The notes under the pieces: model-generated
Database searches by the model: none
What the model saw: only the letters and a program-made list of their open reading frames with translations
What the model was told of the DNA's origin: nothing
In this document: positions 37,723 to 47,200 of the stretch, piece after piece
Numbering within the stretch: the first letter of the stretch is position 1
Layout of the letters: every line of letters begins with the position of its first letter
Made by a program: the position numbers and the translations under genes
Source: Candidatus Eiseniibacteriota bacterium
GTDB lineage: Bacteria; Eisenbacteria; RBG-16-71-46; CAIMUX01; VGJL01
Assembly (NCBI GenBank): GCA_041946735.1
Contig: JBHGAY010000015.1
Location: 32,001-96,000 of the forward strand
Length of the DNA stretch: 64,000 nt
Direction of reading: 5' to 3'

Positions 37723-38940
37723 GTGGAGCGTCGGACGCGGGATTCCGAGGCGGGGGGCGGGGACGTCCGCCTGCAGGATGAGCAGATCGATCTCTCGACC
37801 CGAGAGGCGAGCGACGAGCAAGGCGGAGTTCGCGAGTTCCGGCGCCGCTTGCTCGCCTTCGGCTTCGGGATCGTGACCCTCTCGATCATCGCGCTGCTCG
37901 TCGCGATCTACCTTCAGCTCATCTACCAGCTCCTCTGGGGCGTGGCATTGGCCATCCTCTTCTATCCCCTGCATCGCAAGATCCTCCGGCTCGTGCACGG
38001 GAGGACTTCCCTGGCCGCGACGATCAGCACCGCGCTGTCGATCGCGATCGTGATCGTTCCGGCGGCGCTGCTCGTCTTCAACCTCGTCGCGGAAGTCCAG
38101 GACCTCTGGCCGCGGATCGAGAACGTCGTTGGCGACAACGCCTACCAGCAGGTTTCGGAATGGCTGGAGGACTCTCCGCTGCGCTCCGTGGTCCATTGGG
38201 CGCTCGGGCCCCAGGCGGGGACCGGCCCCGAAGTGCTCGAGGAAGAAGTGCGCAAGGCGGCGCTCTCGCTGCAGGTGTTCCTGCTCGAGCAACTGCGAAA
38301 GATCACGCGCTCCGTCCCGGCGTTTCTGATCAAGCTCGGCATCACTCTCGTCACCTTCTTCTTCTTCCTCAAGAACGGGCCGGGATGGTCGAAGCAGGCG
38401 CAGCGGGGGCTGCCGCTCGCCCAGGAGCACTCCGCGCGCCTCTTCCGGATCGCCGAGCAGACGATCAACGCCGTGTTCCGCGGAGTCGTCCTTACGGCGG
38501 CGACGCAGGCGGCGCTTGGCGGGCTCGGCTACTGGGTCGCGGGGGCGGAGGTGCCGATCCTCCTCGCCCTGGTCACCTTCATCGCCGCTCTGATCCCGTT
38601 CGTCGGTCCGGTCTTCGTCTGGCTCCCCGTCTCGATCGGGCTGCTCCTGACCGGCAAGACCTGGGCCGCGATCGGGCTCGCGGTCTGGGGAACGTGCGTC
38701 GTCAGCCTCGTCGACAACGTCCTGCGACCCTGGCTGATCGGCCGCGAGATCCAGCTGCCCTTGCTCTGGCTCTTCCTGGCGATCGTCGGCGGGCTCAAGC
38801 TCTTCGGATTCCTGGGCGTGCTCGTCGGGCCCGCCGCTCTCTCGCTCGCCGTCGCCTGCTTCCGGATCTACATGGAAGCGCGGCGCGAAGACCACCACGA
38901 GGAGCGCCAGCCGGCAGAGGAGAACCCCGCTGCCCCGTGA
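37723..38940 (+). CDS. AI-2E family transporter
   Basis: LIPFVG, VDNVLRPWLIG, GGLKLFGFLGVLVGP; start uncertain. Confidence 0.88.
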   Translation: MERRTRDSEAGGGDVRLQDEQIDLSTREASDEQGGVREFRRRLLAFGFGIVTLSIIALLVAIYLQLIYQLLWGVALAILFYPLHRKILRLVHGRTSLAATISTALSIAIVIVPAALLVFNLVAEVQDLWPRIENVVGDNAYQQVSEWLEDSPLRSVVHWALGPQAGTGPEVLEEEVRKAALSLQVFLLEQLRKITRSVPAFLIKLGITLVTFFFFLKNGPGWSKQAQRGLPLAQEHSARLFRIAEQTINAVFRGVVLTAATQAALGGLGYWVAGAEVPILLALVTFIAALIPFVGPVFVWLPVSIGLLLTGKTWAAIGLAVWGTCVVSLVDNVLRPWLIGREIQLPLLWLFLAIVGGLKLFGFLGVLVGPAALSLAVACFRIYMEARREDHHEERQPAEENPAAP

Positions 38941-38967
38941 CGAGCGCCGGACCGCCGCGGTCCGAGA

Positions 38968-39420
38968 TCAGCGGGCCAGGCGGGAGCGGTGCCGCCAGGC
39001 GGACCAGATCGGCAGGCTCGCAGCGCTGAGCGCGACGCCGATTGCCAGGTAGATCGCTCCTCGCCAGAGAGACGGCAAGGGGCTCGCGCGCAGCAGGCGG
39101 CCGAGCGCGATCATCGAAAGGACGAGCAGCCAGCTTCGCCAGGACAGAAAGCCGCCGAGGCATCGGCCGTCCCCGCGCCGTTCGATCCGCGTGACCGTTT
39201 TCGCTCCGGCTCGTTTGAGGACGAAGCGGGCCTTCAACAGACCGGCGGCGAGCGCGCCCGCCAGCTGAGGGACCGCCAGGGGCGAGCGGCTGCCGATCAT
39301 CCAGGCGATGCCGGCGGCGGAGAGGCCGGCGCCGACGACGGTCCAGAGCACCGCGGCGGCCAGCAGATGCGTGCCGCGCGAGGCGGCCGGGACCGGGACG
39401 CGCAGGGGGCGGTGGGACAT
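38968..39420 (-). CDS. Hypothetical membrane protein
   Basis: Four hydrophobic segments; CLGGFLSWRSWLLV. Confidence 0.75.
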   Translation of the reverse strand: MSHRPLRVPVPAASRGTHLLAAAVLWTVVGAGLSAAGIAWMIGSRSPLAVPQLAGALAAGLLKARFVLKRAGAKTVTRIERRGDGRCLGGFLSWRSWLLVLSMIALGRLLRASPLPSLWRGAIYLAIGVALSAASLPIWSAWRHRSRLAR

Positions 39421-39548
39421 GCTTCCGGCAACCTATCACGACCGGACGAGTAGCGCGCGCCCCGATCCCCATGCTAGGCTTCCGGGCTCGTTCGGGATCG
39501 GGACGGTCCGCCTCGGCACCACGATCCTCGGGCATGAGGAGGCGTGCT

Positions 39549-40130
39549 TTGAGCGATACGACTGCGACCGTCTACTTCTCCGTCGACGTGGAAGCTTCCG
39601 GGCCGCTCCCCCCCCAATACAACCTGGTCTCGATCGGCGCCGTCGAGGTCCGCGCGACGCCGGAAGGACACCAGCTGGGGCGCGAGTTCTACGTGGAGCT
39701 GAAGCCGATCTTCCCCGGATTCCGCGCCGAGTCGATGGCCGTGCACGGAATCCCGCGGGAGCGCCTCGAAGCCGAGGGGGTGGAGCCCCGTGAGGCGATG
39801 CGGCGCTTCGCCGATTGGGTCCGCGAAGGACTGGCCGCCGGCGAACGCCCGGTCTTCGTCGGCCACAACGCGGTCTTCGACTGGGCCTACATCAACTACT
39901 ACTTCCATCACTTCGAGATGGACAACGTCTTCGGCTACAAGGCGATCGACCAGAAGTCGCTCGCGATGGGAGTCCTGCGGATCCCGTGGTGGGACGCGCA
40001 GAAGGACATCCTCGTGCAAAAGCTTCCGGGTCTGTCCGGATTGAAGGAAGGGGAGCGGGCGCACGACGCGCTCGATGACGCCCGGTTCCAGGCCCGGATC
40101 CTCTGCGCTCTCCTCGATCACAGAGGATGA
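39549..40130 (+). CDS. DEDDh 3'-5' exonuclease
   Basis: SVDVEASG, GHNAVFDW, HDALDDA; TTG with GAGGAGG RBS. Confidence 0.88.
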   Translation: MSDTTATVYFSVDVEASGPLPPQYNLVSIGAVEVRATPEGHQLGREFYVELKPIFPGFRAESMAVHGIPRERLEAEGVEPREAMRRFADWVREGLAAGERPVFVGHNAVFDWAYINYYFHHFEMDNVFGYKAIDQKSLAMGVLRIPWWDAQKDILVQKLPGLSGLKEGERAHDALDDARFQARILCALLDHRG

Positions 40131-41095
40131 GCGGGGCCGATCGCGCGCACTCGATCCGCGACCGCTGGCCCGGCCGTCCCGCCGCCGCATCGCCTGCGGA
40201 GGGACCGCTTCTCGGGGCCCACATGTCGATCGCTGGCGGGATCCAGAACGCGATCCTGGCGGCCGCGCGCCATCGCTGTCGCGCGGTGCAGCTATTCAGC
40301 AAATCGTCGAACCAGTGGAAGGCGCGCATCCTCGCGGACGAGGACGTGGCCGCGTGGCGGGAGGCGATCGGGCGACATCCGATGATCCCGTTCGTCCACG
40401 ACTCCTACCTGATCAATCTGTCCTCGCCCGATCCGACACTGCGCAAGAAGTCGCGGGAGGCATTCGTGGAGGAGATCCGCCGCTGCGATCTTCTCGGGAT
40501 CCCGTGGCTGATCTTCCATCCGGGCGTCGCCATGGGCGCCAGGGAGACGGTGGGCTGCGACCGGGTAGCGGCGAGCCTCGACTGGGTCGCCGACCGGCGC
40601 CCCGACTCGCGCACCGGGCTGCTCCTCGAAACGACGGCGGGGCAGGGAAGCTGCCTGGGACATCGATTCGAGCACCTCGCCCGCATCCTGGACCGGGCGC
40701 GCTGTCGCGAGCGGCTCGGCGTCTGCATCGACACGGCGCACATCCACGCGGCCGGCTACGACATCCGCACCGAGGAGGCGTACCGGACGACGTTCGAGGA
40801 GTTCGACCGGATCGTCGGAATCGAGCGGATCCGGGCGTTCCACGTCAACGACTCGAAGCGGGAGCTGGGGAGCCGCGTCGACCGGCACGAGCACATCGGC
40901 CGGGGCAAGATCGGCTCGCGTGCCTTCGGGTCCCTCATGCGGGATCCGCGCTTCCGTGACGTGCCGAAGATCCTCGAGACGCCGAAGGAGGGGAACATGG
41001 ATCGCTGGAACCTGGCGCTGCTGCGCCGGCTCTCACGGAATGCGGCGATCGCGTCTTCCCCGGAGCGGCGCGGAAGCGCGCCAGCGGCGAATTGA
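40127..41095 (+). CDS. nfo: Endonuclease IV (AP endonuclease)
   Basis: LGAHMSIAGG, HDSYLINL, FHPG, LETTAGQG, CIDTAH, HVNDSK, DRHEHIG, LETP. Confidence 0.95.
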   Translation: MSGADRAHSIRDRWPGRPAAASPAEGPLLGAHMSIAGGIQNAILAAARHRCRAVQLFSKSSNQWKARILADEDVAAWREAIGRHPMIPFVHDSYLINLSSPDPTLRKKSREAFVEEIRRCDLLGIPWLIFHPGVAMGARETVGCDRVAASLDWVADRRPDSRTGLLLETTAGQGSCLGHRFEHLARILDRARCRERLGVCIDTAHIHAAGYDIRTEEAYRTTFEEFDRIVGIERIRAFHVNDSKRELGSRVDRHEHIGRGKIGSRAFGSLMRDPRFRDVPKILETPKEGNMDRWNLALLRRLSRNAAIASSPERRGSAPAAN

Positions 41096-41224
41096 GCCGA
41101 CCAGCCGGGATCGCACCGGTCCGGCCGGAGACCGCCGCCGACTGTGCCGCGGAGTCGCGCTCGAGCGGCATCCAGCAAGCTGCGGCCGGGGGGCTCTGAT
41201 AGACTGGGCGAGGAAGGAGAACCG

Positions 41225-41839
41225 ATGACCCGTTTCGCCCGGATCCTGTCGCTGGCCGCTCTCGTCCTGCTCCTGGCTTCGGCCTTCTCCACGCTCTCCC
41301 GCGCTCAGCAGGAAGGGCCCAAGCTGCCTCCCGAGAAGGAGGCGGTGGCGCAGAAGATCTTCAACGAGCTCATCTCTCCCTGCTGCTGGACGACCACCGT
41401 CGCGCAACACGGCTCCGGGGCGGCGCCGAAGATCCAGGCCGAGGTGCGGCAGATGCTGGCCTCGGGCATGACGCACGACGCGATCATCGACCGGTACGTG
41501 AAGGAGTACGGGGAACGCATCCTCGCCAAGCCCGAGCGGAGCGGCCTGAACCTCGTCGTCTACTGGATCCCGTACCTCGCGCTGGTCGGTGGGGTGGCCG
41601 CGATCTGGGTGGCGTTCCGCCGCCGGCGCGGCCGTGAAGGCGGACGTCCCGCCCTCGCGCGCGTCGACAGGACGGGGGAGCGACAGGCGCCGATCGAGAA
41701 GCGCGGGCGCCCGCCCGTCGCCATCCGGCCGTCGCCGTCCGCGTCCTCACCGACGCCGTCACCGTCGCCTGCGCCCGTTCCAGGAACCGAGGAGGACTAC
41801 CGAAGGCGTCTCGAGGAAGAGGTGCGCCGCATCTCCTGA
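41225..41839 (+). CDS. CcmH/NrfF-like cytochrome c biogenesis protein
   Basis: Signal peptide, ELISPCCW, EVRQML...IIDRYVKEYGERILAKP, C-terminal TM helix. Confidence 0.8.
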   Translation: MTRFARILSLAALVLLLASAFSTLSRAQQEGPKLPPEKEAVAQKIFNELISPCCWTTTVAQHGSGAAPKIQAEVRQMLASGMTHDAIIDRYVKEYGERILAKPERSGLNLVVYWIPYLALVGGVAAIWVAFRRRRGREGGRPALARVDRTGERQAPIEKRGRPPVAIRPSPSASSPTPSPSPAPVPGTEEDYRRRLEEEVRRIS

Positions 41840-41846
41840 GACCGGC

Positions 41847-41882
41847 CGAAAGCGAAAACGGAAGCGGAAGCGAAAGCGGAAA
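41847..41882. repeat. Hexamer microsatellite CGRAAR x6
   Basis: cgaaag cgaaaa cggaag cggaag cgaaag cggaaa. Confidence 0.7.
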
Positions 41883-41883
41883 A

Positions 41884-41913
41884 GCTGCCGGGAGGGTCGA
41901 CCTTCCCGGCAGC
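41884..41913. terminator. Hairpin terminator between the CcmH-like gene and sodB
   Basis: GCTGCCGGGAGG-gtcga-CCTTCCCGGCAGC; upstream A-run gives a U-tract on the minus strand. Confidence 0.7.
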
Positions 41914-41925
41914 CTTCCTTCGTCG

Positions 41926-41998
41926 AGCGGGCCGCGTCTAGCGGGCCGCGTCTACCTCTAGTGGGCCGCGTCCACGTGCATCGAGCGGACCGCGTCTA
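41926..41998. repeat. Four copies of AGCGGGCCGCGTCTA at the sodB 3' end
   Basis: Copies at 41926, 41940, 41960 and 41984; the last contains the sodB stop codon. Confidence 0.75.
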
Positions 41999-42598
41999 CT
42001 TCGCGAGATTCTCGTTTGCGAAGTCCCAGTTCAGCAGATTCTCGATCGTCGCCGCGACGAAGTCCTTCCGCCGGTTCTGGTAGTCCAGGTAGTAGGCGTG
42101 CTCCCAGACGTCGGTCGTCAGGATCGGCTTCAGGTTCATGTGCAGGGGATTCTCGGCGTTGCTCGTCGTGACGATGGAAAGCTTTCCGCCGTCGAGGACG
42201 ACCCACGCCCAGCCGCTGCCGAACTGGGCAACCGCCGCGTCCACGAACTTCCCCTGGAACGTCTCGTAGCTGCCGAACGCCTCCTCGATCTTCTTCGCGA
42301 TCTCGCCGGAGGGGCGTCCGCCCCCCTTCGGCCGCATACAGCTCCAGTAGAAAGTGTGGTTCCACGCCTGGGCCGCATTGTTGAAGATCCCCTTCTTCGA
42401 AGCGTCTCCGTGCGTCTTGCGGATGATCTCCTCGAGCTTCGCATCGGCGAGCGGCGAGCCCGACACGAGCTCGTTGAGCTTGTCGACGTACGCCTTGTGA
42501 TGCTTGCCATGGTGGAAGCGGAGCGTGTTCGCCGAGATCGTCGGCTCGAGGTCGGTCTCGGCATACGGCAGGGGCGGAAGCGTGAACGGCTGGCTCAT
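41996..42598 (-). CDS. sodB: Fe-type superoxide dismutase
   Basis: HHGKHH, NNAAQAWNH, FGSGWAW, DVWEHAYY; AAQ pattern typical of Fe-SOD. Confidence 0.93.
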   Translation of the reverse strand: MSQPFTLPPLPYAETDLEPTISANTLRFHHGKHHKAYVDKLNELVSGSPLADAKLEEIIRKTHGDASKKGIFNNAAQAWNHTFYWSCMRPKGGGRPSGEIAKKIEEAFGSYETFQGKFVDAAVAQFGSGWAWVVLDGGKLSIVTTSNAENPLHMNLKPILTTDVWEHAYYLDYQNRRKDFVAATIENLLNWDFANENLAK

Positions 42599-42904
42599 GG
42601 CTTTCCTTTCCTCCAACGTCGATGGGGACGCCTGGTCTCATGCCAGGGAATGATCCGTATCGGCGGCGACGGGTGGACGGGTGGTGGTTGTCAGCTCTGC
42701 ATCGGATCGAGGATGCGGCCCGCCGCCGCCGCCGTTCAAGTGGTATCTCGACGATTTCCGTTCGGTCGGCGTCCCCTGCCGCCGTCCCTTACCTCGCGGC
42801 GGGACAGAGAAGGGCGGCCGGCGCGCGATACGCCGAGCCGCCCGTCTCTCGATCGAATGTTCGCCTGACAACGCGCGCCGGCTTTCGGTTGCGGCGCGTC
42901 CGCC

Positions 42905-44155
42905 TTACCTCTGCGCCATCGGAATGTACGGCGACGAGATCGGTCCCACGTACACCGCCCGCGGCCGGAAGATGCGGTTGTCCTGCAAGTACTCGAGCGA
43001 CCGCGCGGTCCATCCCGCGACTCGGCTCACCGCGAAGATCGGGGTGAACATGGCGGTCTCGATCTCCATCGCTCGATAGATCAATCCGGAATAGAAGTCC
43101 ACGTTCGGGAAGATCTTCTTCTCGCCGAGCTGGCCGCAGAGGAGGGAGTCGAGCTTCTCGGCGACCTGATAGAGGCGCTTCACCTCCGGATTGCGGTCGG
43201 CGAGCAGCCGGGCGATCGGACCGAAGATCCGGGCGCGTGGATCGTACGCCTTGTAGACGCGGTGCCCGAATCCCATGACGCGCCGCTTCGACTCCATCGC
43301 CTTGCGGAACCAGGGTTCCACGTTCTCCGGAGTCCCGATCTCCTCGAGATCGTAGAGAACCCGTTCGTTCGCGCCGCCGTGGAGTGGGCCCTTCAGGCTC
43401 GCGATCCCTGCCACGACGCTCCCGTACATGTCGGAGAGCGAGGAGTTCACGACCATCGTCGCGAAGGTCGAGGCGTTCATCCCGTGGTCCGCGTGAAGGA
43501 TCAGGGAGATGTCCATCGTCCTCTCGATGACCGGATCGGGCTTCTGCCCGGTCATCATCCACAGCAGGTTGCCGGCGTGGCTCAGGGTCGGATCGGGCGG
43601 GAGCGGCTCCTTCCCTTTGCGGATGCGGGCGATCGCGCCGGTGATCGTCGCGAGTTGCGCGATCATCCGGATCGCGATCTGCTGCTCGTATTCGACCGAC
43701 GTGTCGTCCGCGCGTGGGTCGAGGTTGCCTTCGACGGAGGCGCAGGTGCGCAGCGTGGACATCGGGTGGGCCTTGGCGGTCGGCACGATCTCGAGAATCT
43801 TCTTCGCCTCGGGCGCCATCGGCGCCGCCGCCCGGATCTTGGCGACGAAGCCGTCGAGCTCCACCTTCGTCGGAAGGTGGCCGTACAGGAGCAGGAAGGC
43901 GGTCTCCTCGTAGGTGGAGTATTCCGCGAGGTCGAAGATGTTGATGCCCCGATAGACGAGCCATCCCTTCGCCCCGTTGACGTAGCCGACCTCGGTGTCG
44001 CAAGCCGGCGCCCCCTCGAGCCCCTTGCCGATCTTCGCGTCGATCGGCCATTCGTGAGCGCCGGTGCGCTGCGGCTCGGGCTCGTCGCTCGTCTCCTGGA
44101 GCGCCTTCTCCTTCGCCGCCCTCACCAGTTCCTGAAGGTCATGCGTGCTCGTCAT
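42905..44155 (-). CDS. Citrate synthase / 2-methylcitrate synthase family
   Basis: KGLEG, YRG, HADHGMNAST, GPLHGGANE, MGFGHRVYK, PNVDFYSG, IFRPRAVY. Confidence 0.93.
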   Translation of the reverse strand: MTSTHDLQELVRAAKEKALQETSDEPEPQRTGAHEWPIDAKIGKGLEGAPACDTEVGYVNGAKGWLVYRGINIFDLAEYSTYEETAFLLLYGHLPTKVELDGFVAKIRAAAPMAPEAKKILEIVPTAKAHPMSTLRTCASVEGNLDPRADDTSVEYEQQIAIRMIAQLATITGAIARIRKGKEPLPPDPTLSHAGNLLWMMTGQKPDPVIERTMDISLILHADHGMNASTFATMVVNSSLSDMYGSVVAGIASLKGPLHGGANERVLYDLEEIGTPENVEPWFRKAMESKRRVMGFGHRVYKAYDPRARIFGPIARLLADRNPEVKRLYQVAEKLDSLLCGQLGEKKIFPNVDFYSGLIYRAMEIETAMFTPIFAVSRVAGWTARSLEYLQDNRIFRPRAVYVGPISSPYIPMAQR

Positions 44156-44283
44156 CGGGTCCTTCCTCGCAACGGGCGGCGCGCGCCGCCCGGCATCAGG
44201 GTCTTTCGGCCGACTCCTACGAACGGGAGGATCACCTATACTCCGCTCCTGGGTAGTGCCGCGACCCCGAGGACGGAGGACCA

Positions 44284-47200
44284 TTGGAGAAGCCGCCGAC
44301 ACCGACCGTCGCCCACCAGGTGACGGATGCGGCTCGGGACCTGGCCCATGCCTTTCGGGACACCGCCAGTCGCAACCGAACGCTCGAGGATACCATTCCG
44401 GAACGCGTGATCGCAGCCGTCGTGGAGACGGCCTCGGCGCATGCGCGGCTGCCGTCCGGGGCCGAGGAGGCGGAAGTTCGCAGCCTCCTGCTCGACCTCC
44501 TCGAGGCCGGCCGCACCCCAGCCTTTCTCCGCCGGATCGCCGGCACCCCGCTCGCCGACCGCTGGCTCGAAGCGGTGCTCGGCGCCCTCGACGCGGCCGC
44601 CATCTCCCTCGGGGATCTCCTGCAGCAGCGGGCGGCCCGGACGCCCGACCGCACCTGGATCCGGGTGCCGCGCGCCAACGGTTGGGACGACGTGACCTGG
44701 GGGGAGGCCGAGGAGCGCGTCGCCGCGATCGCCCGCGGCCTGCGCGAGGAGCTGCCCGAACGGCCGGGCGCGGTCCATGTCGCAATCCTCGCCCCGAACC
44801 GCCTGGAGACGATCCTCGCCGACGTGGCCTGCCTGACGCACGGAATCGTCGACGTGCCGATCTCGTCGGACTCCACGCCCGATCAGGTGCGCTTCATCCT
44901 CGAGCAGACCGCCCCTCCGATCCTCCTCGTGTCCGATCGAGCGCGGCTCGATGCGGTGCTTTCGGCCGGACCGCTGCCGGCGGTGCGGACCGTCCTCTTG
45001 ATGGACGAGCCGGAGGGGGACCCTCCGGTGGAGCATTGGCTGCTGCTCCGCGAGATCGAGGAGCGGGGAAGGAGCCTGGGGAGGCTTCCGCTCCCCCGGA
45101 TCGCGCCGCGCGCCCTCGCCACGCTGCTCTATACCTCCGGCACGACCGGGCAGCCGAAGGGCATCCGCTTCTCGCAGCGCAACATCGTCTACAAGCGCTT
45201 CTGCAGGGCGGTCGCGATTCCGGAGATCGGCGAGGACGACACCTTCCTTTGCTACCTGCCGCTGTTCCACACATTCGGCCGATGGCTCGAGATGACCGGG
45301 ACGCTCTTCTGGGGAGCGACCTACGCGATGATGGAGAATCCGTCGGTCGAGACAATGCTGGCGCGGATGGCGCTCGCGCGCCCGACCGTCTTCATCTCGA
45401 TCCCGAAGCGCTGGATCCAGCTTCACGAGCGGATCATCCAAGTCGCGGGCGGCACGATGGAGGAACGCGAGGAGATTCCCGCGGCGCGCCTGGACGACGC
45501 CACCGAGGCTGTCACCGGCGGCCGCCTCCGGTGGGGGCTATCGGCCGCCGGACATCTCGACACGGAGGTCTTCCTCTTCTTCCAGAAGCGGGGGATCGAG
45601 CTTCTGAGCGGCTTCGGGATGACCGAGGCGACCGGGGGAATCACGATGACCCCTCCGGGGCAGTATCGCCGCGGCACCGTCGGAAAGGCCCTCCCGGGAA
45701 TCGAGGTGCGGCGAGCGGAGGACGGCGAGCTGCTCGTGCGGGGTCCCTACCTGATGCTCGGCTACAACGACCCGGACGCCGGAGATCGCGACTACGAGGC
45801 GGATTGGTTCGCGACCGGCGACATCGTGCGCGAGGACGAAGACGGCTATTACACGATCGTCGACCGCAAGAAGGACATCTACAAGAACGTCAAGGGACAG
45901 ACGATCGCGCCGCAGAGGATCGAGAACCTTTTCGATGAGTTCGAGGAGGTGAAGCGCAGCTTCCTGGTCGGCGACGGGCGGGAGTACAACACGCTCCTGC
46001 TCTATCCGGACTACGAGGCGGCCGGCGGCAAGCTGAAGCGCATGAGCGCGGAGGATCTGCGGGAGTACCTCTCCTCCTTCGTCGTCTCCGTCAATCGCTT
46101 CCTCGCCCCGTACGAGCGCGTGGTTGCCTTCGACCTCCTCCCCCGCTACTTCCGCGAGGACCGCGGCGAGCTGACACCGAAAGGGACGTTCGTCCGGAAG
46201 GTCGTCGAGAAGAGCTTCTCCGAGCTGATCGAGTCGCTCTACGCGCGGCCGTACGTGACCGTGACGACGCAGGGGATCGACGTGCGCGTGCCGAGCTGGC
46301 TGCTTCGCGAGAAGGGCCTCACGCCGGATTCGGTCAGCGCGGAACCGGGCGGGATTCGCCTGCGCCCGGGCGGAGAGCGGCTGACCATCGCGCGCATTCC
46401 CGGCGCTCCGGGGCGCTATCGCGTCGGGACCTTCACCTACCGGATGGAGAGCGAGGAGCGCGCGGCGGCGCCGCTCGCCGCTCCGCTCGTCGACCTCGAC
46501 CGCATCCTGGCGATCGCCTCGCTCTGGGCCGGCAACCTCGAGCTGTCCCGCTTCGTCGGGGAAGGAAGGCCGAGGCGGCCGCGCACGGCGCAAGGCGGCG
46601 GCCCGCGGATCTCGATCGAGGGATGGCACCGGCCGACCCTCCTGGTCGACTTCGCGCGCGAGACGCTGGGGCGCGCCCGCGCGAAGGGAGCCACCGGGGC
46701 TGCCCTCGTCCACGCGCTGGCCGGCGCGCTGTTCGCGACGCAGGGCTCGGACGCGCTCGATGCGCTCGCCTCCTTGCGCAAGCTCCTGCAGGATCCCGCG
46801 GCAGAGGAGGCTGCGCTCGCCCGCGCGATCCTCCCGTTGCTTCGGACCCATCCGGATGCGGCCGTCCGCTCGGCGGCTCTCGCGATCCTGCTGCCCGGCG
46901 AGGTGGACGAGCGCGCCGCCGAGACGCTCGCGAGCTTCCTCGAAGTCGATGCGGACGTCTTCTCGCCCGAAGTGCGCGCGCGCGCGCTCGAGCACGAGAT
47001 CACTCCGGCCGCCCTGCGATCGATCCTCCGCCTCGGCGCGTCCCTCGAAGTCCCGGCCGGACAGCCTTGGGCGGCCGGCCCCGCCCGGCGCCGGATCGAG
47101 TCCATCCTTCGCTTCTGTGTGGAGACGGCCGAGCAGTTGCCTCGCTGGTATGCGATCGTCCGACAGCTCCTGGCGGGCCGCTCCATGCAGGAGCGCGACG

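Noticed and set aside
35455..38898. 1147-aa minus-strand ORF and other long shadow ORFs (e.g. 45538-48591, 10304-12166, 59135-61078)
   Set aside because: Antisense or off-frame to well-supported genes, Arg/Gly/Pro-rich with no motifs; expected in high-GC DNA
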